Of a stretch of DNA of 64,000 bases, positions 10,999 to 23,027 are shown in pieces. Positions within the stretch are counted from its first letter, which is position 1, and each line of letters begins with the position of its first letter. The DNA comes from Sphyrna mokarran (lineage: Eukaryota): NCBI GenBank assembly GCA_024679065.1, contig JAGIQG010000005.1, forward strand, positions 51,894,001 to 51,958,000, given 5' to 3'. The notes under the pieces are model-generated. The model was not told the DNA's origin. It ran no database searches and saw only the letters and a list, made by a program, of their open reading frames with translations. The position numbers and the translations under genes are program-made.

Positions 10999-12790
10999 AG
11001 AACATAGAACATAGAACATTACAGCACAGAACAGGCCCTTCGGCCTTCGATGTTGCGCTGACCAATATAAAAAGCAATGCCCCTCCAAACTAAATCATTC
11101 CCTTCTCTTCCATATACTTATAAACTAACCTCTTAAACGCCACCAAACTTGGCGCATCTACAACCGCTGCAGGCAGGGAATTCCACTCCCTAACCACCCT
11201 TTGGGTAAAGAACCTACCTCTGATATCCGTCCTATAACTATCACCCCTTAATTTAAAGCTGTGTCCCCTCGTGCTAGCTTTCTCCATCCTAGGAAAAAGG
11301 CTATCACGGTCCACCCTATCTAAACCTCTAATCATCTTATATGTTTCAATAAGGTCTCCTCTTAGCCGCCTTCTTTCGAACGAAAACAACCTCAAATCTC
11401 TCAGCCTCTCTTCATAAGACCTGCCTTCCATACAGGCAACATCCTGGTAAACCTCCTCTGTACCCTCTCCAATGCCTCCACATCTTTCTTATAATGTGGG
11501 GACCACAACTGCACACAATACTCCAAGTGCGGCCGCACTAGAGTTTTGTCCAGTTGCAACATGACGTTGCGGCTCCGAAATTCAATCCCCCTACCAATAA
11601 AAGCTAACACTCCATATGCCTTCTTAACAACCTTCTCGACATGACTGCCTACTTTCAGGGATCTATGCACATACACACCAAGATCCCTCTGTTCATCTAG
11701 ACTACTAAGAATCCTACCATTTGCCCTATACTCTACACATTTATTATTTCTGCCATAGTGCATTACCTCACACTTTTCCACATTAAACTCCATTTGCCAC
11801 CTCTCGGCCCAGCTCTGCAACTTGTCCAAGTTCCTCTGCAAACTATAACACCCCTCTTCACTATCTACCACTCCACCGACTTTAGTGTCATCTGCAAATT
11901 TACTAATCCATCCTTCATACCCTCATCCAGATCATTTATAAAAATTACAAACAGCAGGGGCCCCAAAACAGACCCCTGAGGTACACCACTTGTCACCGAA
12001 CTCCAAGAGAATATCTCCCATCAACCACCACCCTCTGCCTTCTATCTGCTAGCCAATTCCTAACCCAATTAGCTAAATCACCCTCTATCCCATACAGCTG
12101 CATTTTCTGCAGAAGTCTTCCATGGGCCACCTTATCAAACGCCTTACTAAAGTCCATATATACCACATCAACCGCCTTACCCCATCCACCTCTTTGGTCA
12201 CTTTTTCAAAAAACTCAATGAGGTTAGTAAGGCACGACCTACCCTTCACAAAACCATGATGACTATCTCCAATCAATTCATTTCTCTCTAAATAACTATA
12301 AATCCTATCCCTAATTATTCTCTCCAATACTTTGCCCACAACAGAAGTAAGACTCACTGGCCTATAATTCCCTGGAAGGTCTCTCTTCCCTTCTTGAACA
12401 ACGGGACCACATTCGCTATCCTCCAGTCCTCCGGAACCACACCCGTAACCAACGACGCCCTGAAGATCAGAGCCAGAGGCTCTGCAATCTCCTCTCTTGC
12501 CTCCCAGAGAATCCTAGGGTAAATCCCGTCCGGCCCAGGGGACTTATCCAACTTCAAAACCTCGAGAATTTCTAACACATCCTCCCTATCTACTACAATA
12601 CTCCCCAATTTGCAACCCTGTACCTCAGTGCTCTCCACAGCTACATTTCCAGCACTCTGCGTGAATACCGAATAGAAATATTTATTCAGTGCCTCACCAA
12701 TCTCTTCAGGCTCCACGCACAACTTCCCACTGCTGTCTATGACTGGCCCTAATCTTGCCCTAACCAATCTTCTATTCTTAACATATCTAT
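10998..12790 (-). mobile_element. CR1 LINE, 1.8-kb 5'-truncated copy with frameshifted ORF2 RT
   Basis: ORFs 12354-12767 (DKSPGPDGIYPRILWE, VPEDWRIANVVPLFKKG), 12085-12357 (HHGFVKGRSCLTNLIEFFE), 11401-11871 and 11090-11431; tail (TAGAACA)n. Confidence 0.95.
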
Positions 12791-12889
12791 GTTGCTATGG
12801 ATTTCCTGGATTGGTTGTCTCCACCTACCTGCCAACGATATCATGGGAATCCTAGCTTTGAAAGTAAGGATTCTCATTTGAATAGATTC

Positions 12890-13800
12890 AGATGTTATGA
12901 TAAGGTCCCATGTATGCCTGAGGGCACATTGACATGAAGCACGACAAGTCCTCCATGATGTGTATCCAGTTGGCAGAACCTGCCAAAGTCACATGGGTGT
13001 GTACTTCCCACACCACCCCCCCTCTCACCCTGCAATGGGTTGGTGGGGGGTAGTAGGGAGCAGTCATGCCCAGACAGTAGCATGGTGCTGCCCTTTACCC
13101 TGTCCTGGCACTGCCTCCCTGGAAGTATCCTGGCACAGCCCCTTGGCTGGAGGAGTTCCTTGAGGATTCCATGTTCATGTGAGGGGTTCAGTAGGTGTGG
13201 CGAGGGGTGGAAGCCAGCTCTTTGGAAGACATACAAGGGGAGTCCAAGAGGGATGGGTGAGGGATCAGCTCTAAGGCTCCCTGCCCTCCTGGCAGCCCTG
13301 AATTCCCCAGTAGCCCCAATTCCCTCCCCCTTCACCTTCTGCAGCACCGACCCCACCTCCCCCCAGCCTGGGTGGCCAGCCCCAATTGCCATCCTGTCTC
13401 CCTTGCCAGCATTCCCAAATGTAGAGTGTCACTGAGACCCTCCCCCTCCCAACAATCACCCCCTATAGGCCTCACCCCCATAGGCTGTGTCCCTTGTGGC
13501 CCCAAACCTGGCACTGCCCGGTGCCCAGCAATAGCGTGGCTCTACCAGGCTGATGTAGCCCAAGAGACACACGCTCCCTTACCCCTGACCTCCTAGGGAT
13601 GTCACAATGGTCTTTGTTCCTTCCAGTGGGGTCAGCAGCCTGATCCCCATTCCAGGGGGAGCAGTAGTAAGCAGCACTGGAGTGAATCCGGTGGGGACGG
13701 GGGAGGGGGAAGGGAGGATGGGGCTGTTGGGTGGTGGGAGGGGGGGGAGACTGCTAATGGGCCCAGACACTTCAAATGATGCTAATGGTGGAAATGGGAA
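12890..13800 (-). mobile_element. GC-rich internal fragment, probably of a Harbinger-like element
   Basis: Shares TGGCACTGCC motifs (13106, 13509) with the other Harbinger-like elements. Minus-strand GMGIRLLTPLEG loosely resembles the post-SANT segment of Harbinger Myb-like proteins. Confidence 0.4.
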
Positions 13801-14009
13801 TGGGCCTGATAGGATGTGCAGTTTACGTTCCAGATGCAGAACCTTTGTCGGAACAGAGTTCTCGCAGGACTGTTCATGCCTTTGGTTTTATTGCTTGTGC
13901 AATCGTTGTACCTTCACTTTATTTTGAAATGAAGGCAATGAATTTGAATACATTTTCAACCATCACATACAAATTCTTTTCCAATTTCTCAAATTTTTTT
14001 TTGTATTTG

Positions 14010-14230
14010 CATGGCAATAAGATAATCTTAAGGCCCTTCTCAGGAACAAGCAAGATTAGACATGGAGCCATGTACGTTAGAACAGATGACCAAAGGTTTG
14101 GTGAAAGTGGTATGATTGAAGGAACATGTTAAAGGGAGAAAGGGAGGTCAGACTTAGAGGCTGCGGGAGTGGTGAGGAGAAGGAGAGTGGTGAGTGGGGG
14201 CTGGAATTCTGGATCTGAGGGCCTGAGCCT
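14010..14230 (-). mobile_element. L2 LINE 3' fragment, old
   Basis: AGATGACCAAAGGTTTGGTGAAAG...GGAATTCTGGATCTGAGGGCC resembles the reverse complement of the shark L2 3' end. Similar to 17150-17570. Confidence 0.55.
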
Positions 14231-15334
14231 CAGATCTGTTTTTTCAAGCCTGGGGGCACAAAGCACACCAGCATTGCCTCACCATTCACAAACTAATACT
14301 TTGTGACACAACACATGACACTAAATACCACAATCCTCAACCCATTTTACTGTTCCCTGTATCCCAGCAAATTGTATTTAAATTCATTGCCTTCATTTCA
14401 AATTTTCAGAGATTTTCTCAAGAGGCATTATGTGATGGCAATGCTGGCACAATTGGAGTTGTGCAATGATTGTTACAGTGGTAAAATTAAGTGTTGAGGG
14501 AGTCACTTATTTGAAGTCTCCTTTTGCAGGCTTTGTTCTCCTGGGCTAAGGGAGGGAAGCATTCAAGGCCAGTTAATTCTGCATTGTCAGTACAGATGTT
14601 GCTCCATGATTACACAGGAGTAAATTTCTGTGGATCAAGTGTAGTCCAAGCACTGCAGACATCATTCAAAGCTTTTCTTCTCCCTGTATGCAAGATGAAT
14701 TGTTCATTTTTTGCATATCCTTGTAAGCAATAAAATGCATGCCTCATTCAATACAAATTCATTAATTCAATCAAACTAATGCAACGTTCTTTGACTTCCT
14801 TTTGTTTTAACAATTAAGCTACTTTCTTTTCTAAGTTGAATTCAAGAACATGGCTTCAGAACAAAAAGAAACTGATGGAGCGACTGTGTGAATACAATCT
14901 GAGAAGGTGGGCATAGCGTGCGCGAGCTGTGATAGATTCATAAAAGAAAAGCAGAGAATATGGCCCTATTTCAAAAGCAAAGTCAAATCCAGTACCGTGT
15001 TATATTCCGTGTGTGCGATAGACAGAAAGAACAGTCAGAGTTATCTACAGTGACATTTCAGCTTGGATCCTTTTCTCATCCCGCGGGAACAAACTGCATT
15101 GACAGCAGTCCTGTGTCAATTTCCATCTGACTGTCACTTTCACTTTCCCTCTATTATCTGTAGTAAGCTGGGGCAGTTCCCAGTCTGGATAGGCTGCTGA
15201 TCACTATCTCTCCAGCTCTAAGCTGCCCTACTGTGAACCTGGCCAAGGGAAAGGGACGCTGATTCTCTTTGGATCCTTTTTTTCCCCCTTCTCTTCCTTT
15301 CCTTTTCTCTAGCGCCCAGGCTTTTGTGTCTGCT

Positions 15335-15474
15335 NNNNNNNNNNNNNNNNNNNNNNNNNNNNNNNNNNNNNNNNNNNNNNNNNNNNNNNNNNNNNNNNNN
15401 NNNNNNNNNNNNNNNNNNNNNNNNNNNNNNNNNNNNNNNNNNNNNNNNNNNNNNNNNNNNNNNNNNNNNNNNNN
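15335..15474. other. Assembly gap (140 N)
   Basis: Run of N. Confidence 1.
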
Positions 15475-16618
15475 AAGGAAAGGGTATTAAAGATCTGAGG
15501 CGAACCTAAAAGCGTGAAAGCTCCTTATAGGCTGCAAAATGCAGATGTGACTAAATTTTTAAATATTCTGAGAAGCAGCTATTCATTCAGTCTATGGAGA
15601 AGAGAAAAAAATGTTTCTTTCAAAAAATAAAAAAAAGGTATACGTTCCACTTGAATGAGACTTGGAGTCTCTGGAACAATTCGTTTTGAGAAGCTGTGGT
15701 GAAATGATGCCAAACAAATACTTAAGCTTTATCCTTTTCTAGTGCTGCTAAATCACAAATTGTATTCTTCCTCACTTCATGCAGTGTATCAGCTCTGATT
15801 AAAACAGGCCTTCAAGTGACAGTCTTACTCGGTTGTTTACTGCAGTGAATGGAAACTCTAGTCCTCTTGTTACAACCATACAGAAAGACTGAATTCATAT
15901 TCCACTCATAATCAATAGACAAACTTCAGAACACATTTACTACTATCCATTAAATGTATTTACATTGGAAAATTAGTAATCCGTTCATGCTAATTCATTA
16001 TTAGGATCTCACAACAGTCACTGGATAGCAACAAAACATTTGCATTTAACAAAACAACTGCTTGTGTTCAGTTTTATTAACTAATGTTATTTTCTTCACC
16101 TTCCATTATAATGCCACTGGTTTTCTGAAGAATAATGCAAAGTATCAGCTTTTTCATCATGAGGTCCACATAATTTTTCTCCACATTTACATCCTGTTGC
16201 AGAAGGTACCATTTTAATTACTTTCCAGCCCCTAATAGATCCAACAAAATGGGCACAATCCTATGGATTCATTTTGCACTGACTGGTATTAGGCTAAAGA
16301 TACTTGAAGAGTTTCAAAATCCAACAATCTGTAATTTCAAGATGAAAAACCAGGATGATGTGGTAACATTAGAGAGCTGATTTTTAATAAGTTACACTGA
16401 ACACACATGCCATGGTTTCAGAAGATATGCCCACTGATTAGTGAACCCCCAACAGCATGCTTCTACTTCCTATTACAATAAGATTTGTACTTCTTTTAGC
16501 TTCCACTTCAGGTTGCCCTCCCTGTGACCTGCTTCTCTCTGACAGATGCAGATAATGAATGCTGATTGCATTTGCAGTGCAGACTGTGGGTGTAAACCTA
16601 TATCCTAACACAGATATA

Positions 16619-16925
16619 GGAGTGGCATGGTGATACAGTGGTTAGCATTGCTGCCTCACAATGCCAGGTAACTGAGTTCAATTCCAGCTTGGGTCACTGT
16701 CTGTGCAGAATCCGTATGTTTTCCCTGTATCTGTGTGGGTTTTCTTCGGGTGCTCTCGTTTCCTTCCACAGTCCAAAAGACATGCTGGTTGGGTGCATTG
16801 GCCATACTAAATTCTCTCTCAGTGTACCCAAACAGGTGCCAGAGTGTGGAGACTAGAGGATTTTCACAGTAACTTCACTGCAGTGTTAAAGTAAGCTACT
16901 TCTGGCACTAATAAATAAACTTTAA
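16619..16925 (+). mobile_element. Full-length V-SINE with the alternative (Rex-like) tail
   Basis: HE1-type head and V-core, then ACTAGAGGATTTTCACAGTAACTTCACTGCAGTGTTAAAGTAAGCTACTTCTGGCACTAATAAATAAAC. Confidence 0.88.
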
Positions 16926-17149
16926 CACTTTGTTTGCATGCTAACCATCAGACAAACATGTTTCCATTTATTTATTTTCCTGTCTATAATCACAGCAATG
17001 TATGTTTTCAACCATTCATACCATTTCTTTGCTGGATCCATCGATTTCCCACTTAAGTTACAACAGGAAAGCAGGACAGTTTCTGTGGAATTCTAAAACC
17101 AATGGAAAGATTTTCTCATTTTCTCTTACAACACGTGCTTCTACAAAAC

Positions 17150-17570
17150 CTTTACTGAAGGAAAATGTCCCAAGGCATGTAAAAGTATTATGAAATAAAT
17201 TTTAACACTGGGCAATATAAGTAAATATTGGGCCCGATGGACAAAGCTTGGCCAAAGAGTTATATTTTAAGTGTGCCTAATGGAGATGGGAGAAGTGGAC
17301 AGGCTTAGGTAGAACATTTCAGAGACTAAGGCCTAGGCAATTGATGGCATGGCCTCCAACAGTGGAATGATGGTCAAGATGCCTAAATTTGAAAAGTACA
17401 GAGATAATGCAAAGTTGTGGGATTGAGGTGGAGGGATGGGGTGTGGGAGGTGGAAGTTGGGGGAAAGTGCAATGGCAGCAGGTGATATTACAGAGTTAGG
17501 AAGCTTCAAGATAATGGAGGAATTTGAACACATGGGTGAGAATTATGAGAATTTTAAAATCAGGGTGCAG
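17150..17570 (-). mobile_element. L2 LINE 3' fragment, old
   Basis: ATGTCCCAAGGC...ACAAAGCTTGGCCAAAGAG...AAGGCCTAGGCAATTGATGGCATGGCC is the reverse complement of an L2-type 3' end also seen at 53940-54220. Confidence 0.7.
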
Positions 17571-18441
17571 CCAGACAATGAATCCACTTCACAGCTGTGT
17601 CAAAGAAAGTTCCTTTGAAGCAGGCTGAACAGATGATAATCTGGCCCACCAGATGGCTAACTTCTTTCATTGGCAAGTTATCCATCTGTTCAGATTGCTT
17701 GAAAGATTTTAATATATATTGCTGTAATATGTCAAGCCTTTGCTGACATAGATGTGCAAAGGAATCCTGTTATGAATGCTTGGCTGAAGTCCTAGCATAC
17801 TAATGGATTTAACTCTCCAGGGGGTTGATTACACAGTTGTAACAGCTTATGAAAAGAATGTTTAGCTGTGTTTGATTGACAAGTTTATAGACTTCCAATA
17901 AATTTATCTTTTTGCATTGGTTTTTCAATGCCTAATTCTTTATTTGGATATAGTCAAGAAGTGTTAAGAGGGAGGATTAATACTTTCTCAACTGACATAT
18001 ACATTGCTGTATTAGATTGAATGTTTTATGAGCTTGGAAGAAGAGCAATTTTTTAAGGGGATTCTGAATGACTATTTGCTTAGTTTCCATTTCATAAGCA
18101 TTTTCTGGTGTTATTATAAGGTTCATCAGTTCTGCTCAGAGCAGATAGTGGGATTGTATTTCAAAGGGTTAACAGAACTCTGAACTTTAATTCAGTCTGA
18201 AGATTAGAAAAGTGTCCAGTTGACATATTAAACTAGATTGATTTTGAATGGAAAAAAGCCATTTATCCGCTGGATAACGTGCTCAAATGCATGTGAGTAC
18301 TTATACAATACTGGTAATTTATTTTTAAAGTATAAAGCTCAATGATCAATAACTGCATTAAAAATATCTTTAACTTATCATACAGCCTCTAATTCAAGAA
18401 CTGAAACTGAAAAGAGCCTTTAGACTAATTTATCAAAAGGA

Positions 18442-18700
18442 TGGCGAGGTGGCATAGTGATTAGCACTGCTGCCTCATAGCACCAGGGACCTGGGTTCAA
18501 TTCTGGCCTTAGGTAACTCTCTGTGTGGAGTACTCTCACTGTCTATGTGGGTTTCTTCCAGGAGCTCCAGTCTTTTATTTCCCACAGTCCAAAGACGTGC
18601 ATGTTAAGTGAATTGACTATGCTAAATTGCTCCTTAGTGTCCGAGGACGTGTAGGTTAGGTGGATTAGCCATGATAAATGTATGGGGTTAACAGAGATAA
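18442..18700 (+). mobile_element. HE1-like V-SINE, 3'-truncated
   Basis: GGTGGCATAGTGATTAGCACTGCTGCCTCA...GGTTCAATTC, then the V-core. Confidence 0.85.
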
Positions 18701-18944
18701 AGCAGAGAGGTCTTATTCTATAAAAATAGTCCAAAATCACCACTCCCACAATGAAGTAGGTAATTGTGAAAGTGTTCAGTGTGAGCTGGCCACCTGTATC
18801 CTATACCCCAGGACCATAGAAATCCCACATAACAGAAATGGGGACTATAATTGAAGGATTGGGTCCCAAACACAATTTTTAAATCATGCTTGTCTCCATT
18901 CCAACATGGACAGAGGGATGGAAATCCAGGCCTAAGTCAGTTTC

Positions 18945-19245
18945 ATAAGTAATCACAGCAGGAAATTGTACACAGCAAGATCCAACAATGACTATTTTTT
19001 GTAGATGTTAATGGAGGAAATAATGAGGAATGGAGAACTCCCTGTTCTTTTCAAATAATCTGCTTCAAATAACAAGCTTTTTACATCCATCTAAACAGTG
19101 GGGCAGGTTTTTTGCTTGATATCTTATCCAACAATATAGCAACACCACCATTCTCACCAATAGTGCTGAAATTATGTGCTAGATTATGTGCTCAAACCCT
19201 TGGCCTTCAACTAACAAGGATTACTACCATTGAGCCAAAATGCTA
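18945..19245 (-). mobile_element. DeuSINE (SacSINE1-like), highly diverged
   Basis: CACAGCAAGATCC, GGAGAACTCCCTGTTCTTTTCAAATA and TTTTACATCCATCT match the reverse complement of the Deu domain as I recall it. Confidence 0.6.
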
Positions 19246-19529
19246 TTTCCAAATAGAAATGGAAGTTGTCACGATGCAGGAGGAGGATCTCCTCTGTGTA
19301 CTTGCTGTATTGAAATGATGAGCATGGTATTCAAAATAGATTTGAGATTTTGTTGAATTAAAACAGCTTTGAATAAATGTTCATCTTTGCTGCCTGCTTA
19401 GTAATCTGACAGACCGGAGCAATGGCTCATTCCACAGGTTTTGTAACATGTGATGATCTGTTCCCTCAGGTTATTGCCCATGCACTGGAGATAAAAGTTT
19501 GTCGCTAAATTTCTACACCAGGAGTTTTC

Positions 19530-19840
19530 ATAAAATCTCTACAGTGCAGAAGGAGGCCATTTGGCCCATCAAGTCTGCACTGACCACAATCCTACCCAGA
19601 CTCTATCCCTGTCACTCTATGTATTTACTCTGCTAGTTCCCTTGACACTACAGAGCAATTTAGCATGGTCAATCAACATAACCTACACATCAACATAACC
19701 CATAGGAAACTGGAACACCCAGAGGAAACTCATGCAGCCACAAAGAAGACGTGCAAACTCCACACAGACAGTCACCAAGGCTAAAATTGAACCCAGGTCC
19801 CTGCTGTCTTGAGACAGCAGTGCTAGCCACTATGCCAACA
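19530..19840 (-). mobile_element. HE1-like V-SINE
   Basis: TACAGTGCAGAAGGAGGCCATTTGGCCCATC...GCAAACTCCACACAGACAG...CAGCAGTGCTAGCCAC. Confidence 0.88.
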
Positions 19841-19964
19841 TAATTACCCTTACACTGTTGTCAAGATTCTCTATCAACTAAGTGCACAGCATTACACAAA
19901 CGTTTTAAAAGGAAATTCTTTGAACATGTTGGAAAAACTTTGCATTAGAAGGAATAAAATATCT

Positions 19965-20850
19965 TTCAACAATATATCAGAAGTTTGTGAATGAGACAAA
20001 ACTAGGTAGGAATGTTAATTACGAGGAGGATACAAAGAGGATTTTAAAGGGTTTAGACAGACTAAGTGAGCTGGAAATAACATGTAGGTGGAGTATGAGG
20101 CCATCCATCTTGTTAGAAAGAGCAGAAATACAGAATAGTGTTAAATATGAGGGACTGGGGAAATGTTGATTTCTAAACGGATATGGATGTCCTTGGTCAA
20201 AGGGCATATAAAATTAGTGTGCAGATGCAGCAAACAATTAGGAAAAGACATGGTACTTTGGCCTTCAGTGTAAGAGGACATGAGTACAGAATTAAAGATG
20301 TCTTGTTGCAATTGTACAGAGCCTTGGTGAAACAGCATCTTGAGTGTTATATACAATTTTGTTCACCTTTGCCTAAGGAAGGAAATATTTGTCACAGAAG
20401 GATTTCAGCAAAGGTTCACTCAGGATGGTGCGATTATCCAATGAGGAGAGATTGAGGAGACTATTTCTTCTATTTAAAAGAATAAAAATTGTTCTAATTT
20501 AAAGTACCCGTGTTTCCCCTGGCTGAGAGAGGAAAGAGGCAAGAGACACAGAGTCGATTTTCTGATCCCACCCACAAACCATTAAAAGGTCCGCTGACCT
20601 CAAATTGACATTTCCAGTCTCCAGGAGGGTGGAATCAGAAAATTCCACCCACGGTCTTAGAGTAAAAGATAGGCTATTTAGGACTTTCTTTACTCAGGGT
20701 GGTAGTTCTTTGGAATTTCTACTCCGGACTGTGGTGGAGGCTCAGTTATTGAATATTTTCAAATCAGAGATCAGTAAATTTCTGGATAGTAGAAATACCA
20801 AGGGATATGGGCAGGAAAGGAATGTTGAGGTAGAAGATCAGCCATTACTT
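19965..20850 (+). mobile_element. Old CR1 LINE fragment containing a MITE
   Basis: ORF 20183-20455 DVLLQLYRALVKQHLECYIQFCSP; AAGTTTGTGAATGAGACAAAACTAGG is a decayed KFADDTKLG. Confidence 0.82.
20551..20650. mobile_element. 100-bp Harbinger-type MITE
   Basis: TIRs GAGTCGATTTTCTGATCCCACCC and GGGTGGAATCAGAAAATTCCACCC; 3-bp flanks ACA/ACG; cleanly interrupts the CR1. Confidence 0.75.
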
Positions 20851-22349
20851 GAGTTAAATCATCAGAAACCTAAGCCCGATATATTAAAGTGTTGTCTTAC
20901 AAGATACAGTTTTGAAGTGTATTTATTTATGACATAGTATATTGTACTATTCAGTATTGATAAATTCATTCATCTGTATAATAATCTGCACTTTGAAGAT
21001 ATAATGGCCCAATTTCATTTGTATATATCGTATTTAAGTCTAAATCTACTGTACATTTAATATAACACATATTTAGTTTCAACAAAAAGCTGTTTTATTT
21101 CAATATATTCCAATATACTATTAGCATGTAATGCAATGAGAAATTAATGTTATGATCAACTAACATAATTATAGACTTAATTCCAATGTTATTTATCAGT
21201 GGATTTTATCCCAACTCATTTTAACTTAGGGTACACCTTATTACAAAGTATATATGTAAGATATCATTCTTCCTGGAAGAGTGGTATATATTTTGATACA
21301 AAATAATGTATAAATTAAAACTGAATACATGTGAATTTATCAGCAGCTCATTATTAACGTATGTTAAGATAATGTACTTTGCCATGCCACAATGCTTCAC
21401 ATTTTCTAAAAATGCTATAATGTAATATCTACTTTGCAATATAGATACAGAACCTTATTTTTGTTACATTCTATGATAGTCAGTGTGAATGGCTTAAACT
21501 ATAATCCCTTCAATTGACCAAGTTAAACTACTTCAATAATGCAGTTATTCTGATGGGATAAATGGGTAGCTTGAAATGTACATTTTGAATCATAACTGCA
21601 TCAAGATAAATTACAGAATTATGGCTAAACAGGTGCTAAAAAATGAACTGTCTCCATTAATTTAGAACATATTTTTATGCTGGAATAGTAAAATAAGGAG
21701 AGCTGTTGCAGTAGGAATGTGAATTTTAGGACAGGATGCGAAAAACACACAATGGAACAAAATTTTAAAACTTGTGCCTTAATTCCATGAAAAATGTTCA
21801 ACGCAAATTAATGAGAGATACTTAGTGCGGTGTTTGGGAATAGGATGTGATGACCAAAATGAGACTTTGGTAGAAGAGTCAGCAAAGTTCTTGGAAAACC
21901 TCAACAACACAAAAAAAAATTACAAATCAATAGCTTTGCTGTCCTGATATAATACAGTCAGGACCAATGAGCTGACTCAGTGATGGCCAAATAATTGGTT
22001 GTTCAGTTCTGTCCTTGTCTCACCCTGACAGTTCCACAGATTCCCCGAGCAATGCTCCAAAGACTATGTTCATTGGGGGCAAATCCTCATTAATCATACC
22101 AGGCTGACAGGAGTAAGAGCACCTGCATCTGTTAAACTAACCCATGGTGGTTTCTTCTCAAGGCTCCGCATGCTTGAAGAAGGAAAGAGATCCACATTTG
22201 TGGAGGAGCAGGTAATCAGAGTGAACATGTGAAAGTCATGCTTCAATTATCCATGAACAACTCATACATGTTAACTGTTTAATGGCCGAGATTATTGTAT
22301 TCATTTCAAAAATTGTCCCAACAATCTTTTCACATCTTTTTTTACTATC

Positions 22350-22678
22350 TCAAGAAACACAGGAACAGGAGAAGGCCATTCAAACCCTTGACCGGAATTC
22401 TCCAGCTGTTCACGCCCCACTGCTGCCGATAAGAACGGCTCATCCAGATTTCCATTCATCGCAGCAGGAACAGAGAATACCAGCTGCAGACGTGGTCAGA
22501 GAATCCAGCCCCTTGTGTCTATTCTGCTGCTCAATTACATAATGTTGATCTCTATCTTAAACCATTTTACCCATTTTTAACCTAACATTTACTTACATTT
22601 TACCTGACAAAAACCTATTACTCGTAGCTTCGAAGTTTTCGATGGATAAAGTCTCAATAGCTTATTGGAAGAAAGGTT
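22350..22678 (-). mobile_element. Old CR1 3' end containing a MITE
   Basis: Tail AAGAAACACAGGAACAGGAGAAGGCCATTCAAACCC, which resumes after 22511. Confidence 0.7.
22390..22511. mobile_element. 122-bp Harbinger-type MITE
   Basis: Ends GACCGGAATTCTCC and GAGAATCCAGCCC; exact TSD CTT at 22387-22389 and 22512-22514. Confidence 0.75.
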
Positions 22679-22679
22679 T

Positions 22680-23005
22680 TTCATTCATAGTTGCTAGCAT
22701 CGTTGGCAAGGTCAGCATTTATTGGCCATTTCTAATTGTCAAGGAGAAGGTAACATTGAGCTTCCTTCGTGAATCACGGCAGCCCATGTGATATTTGTAC
22801 ATCCACAAGGAGCAGTCCAGAGGCTAGGAATCCTACAGCGAGTAACTCACCTCCTAAACCCATAATGCCTATCCTCTACAAAGAACAAATCAAGAGTTGA
22901 TCTAGTGTATCATTCAGTTATGGGTGGCTCACCTCAAGCGCAATTAGGGATGGGCAATAAATGCTGACCTTGCTAACAACATTCACACTGCAAAAATAAA
23001 TTTTA
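22680..23005. mobile_element. Two back-to-back 3' fragments (minus, then plus) of the divergent CR1-clade (Zenon-like) LINE
   Basis: Plus-strand tail GCAATTAGGGATGGGCAATAAATGCTG at about 22940; its reverse complement CAGCATTTATTGGCCATTTCTAATTG at about 22713. Confidence 0.7.
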
Positions 23006-23027
23006 AATTCTTCTCTGCAGCCTATTT

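Noticed and set aside
12895-13927. Overlapping Gly/Pro-rich ORFs as genes
   Set aside because: These are by-products of GC-rich, strand-skewed repeat sequence open on both strands. The same applies to 7500-8140, 31240-31930 and 38450-38900.
16619-16690. tRNA genes at SINE heads
   Set aside because: A/B boxes are present, but they run straight into SINE cores and no complete cloverleaf is evident.
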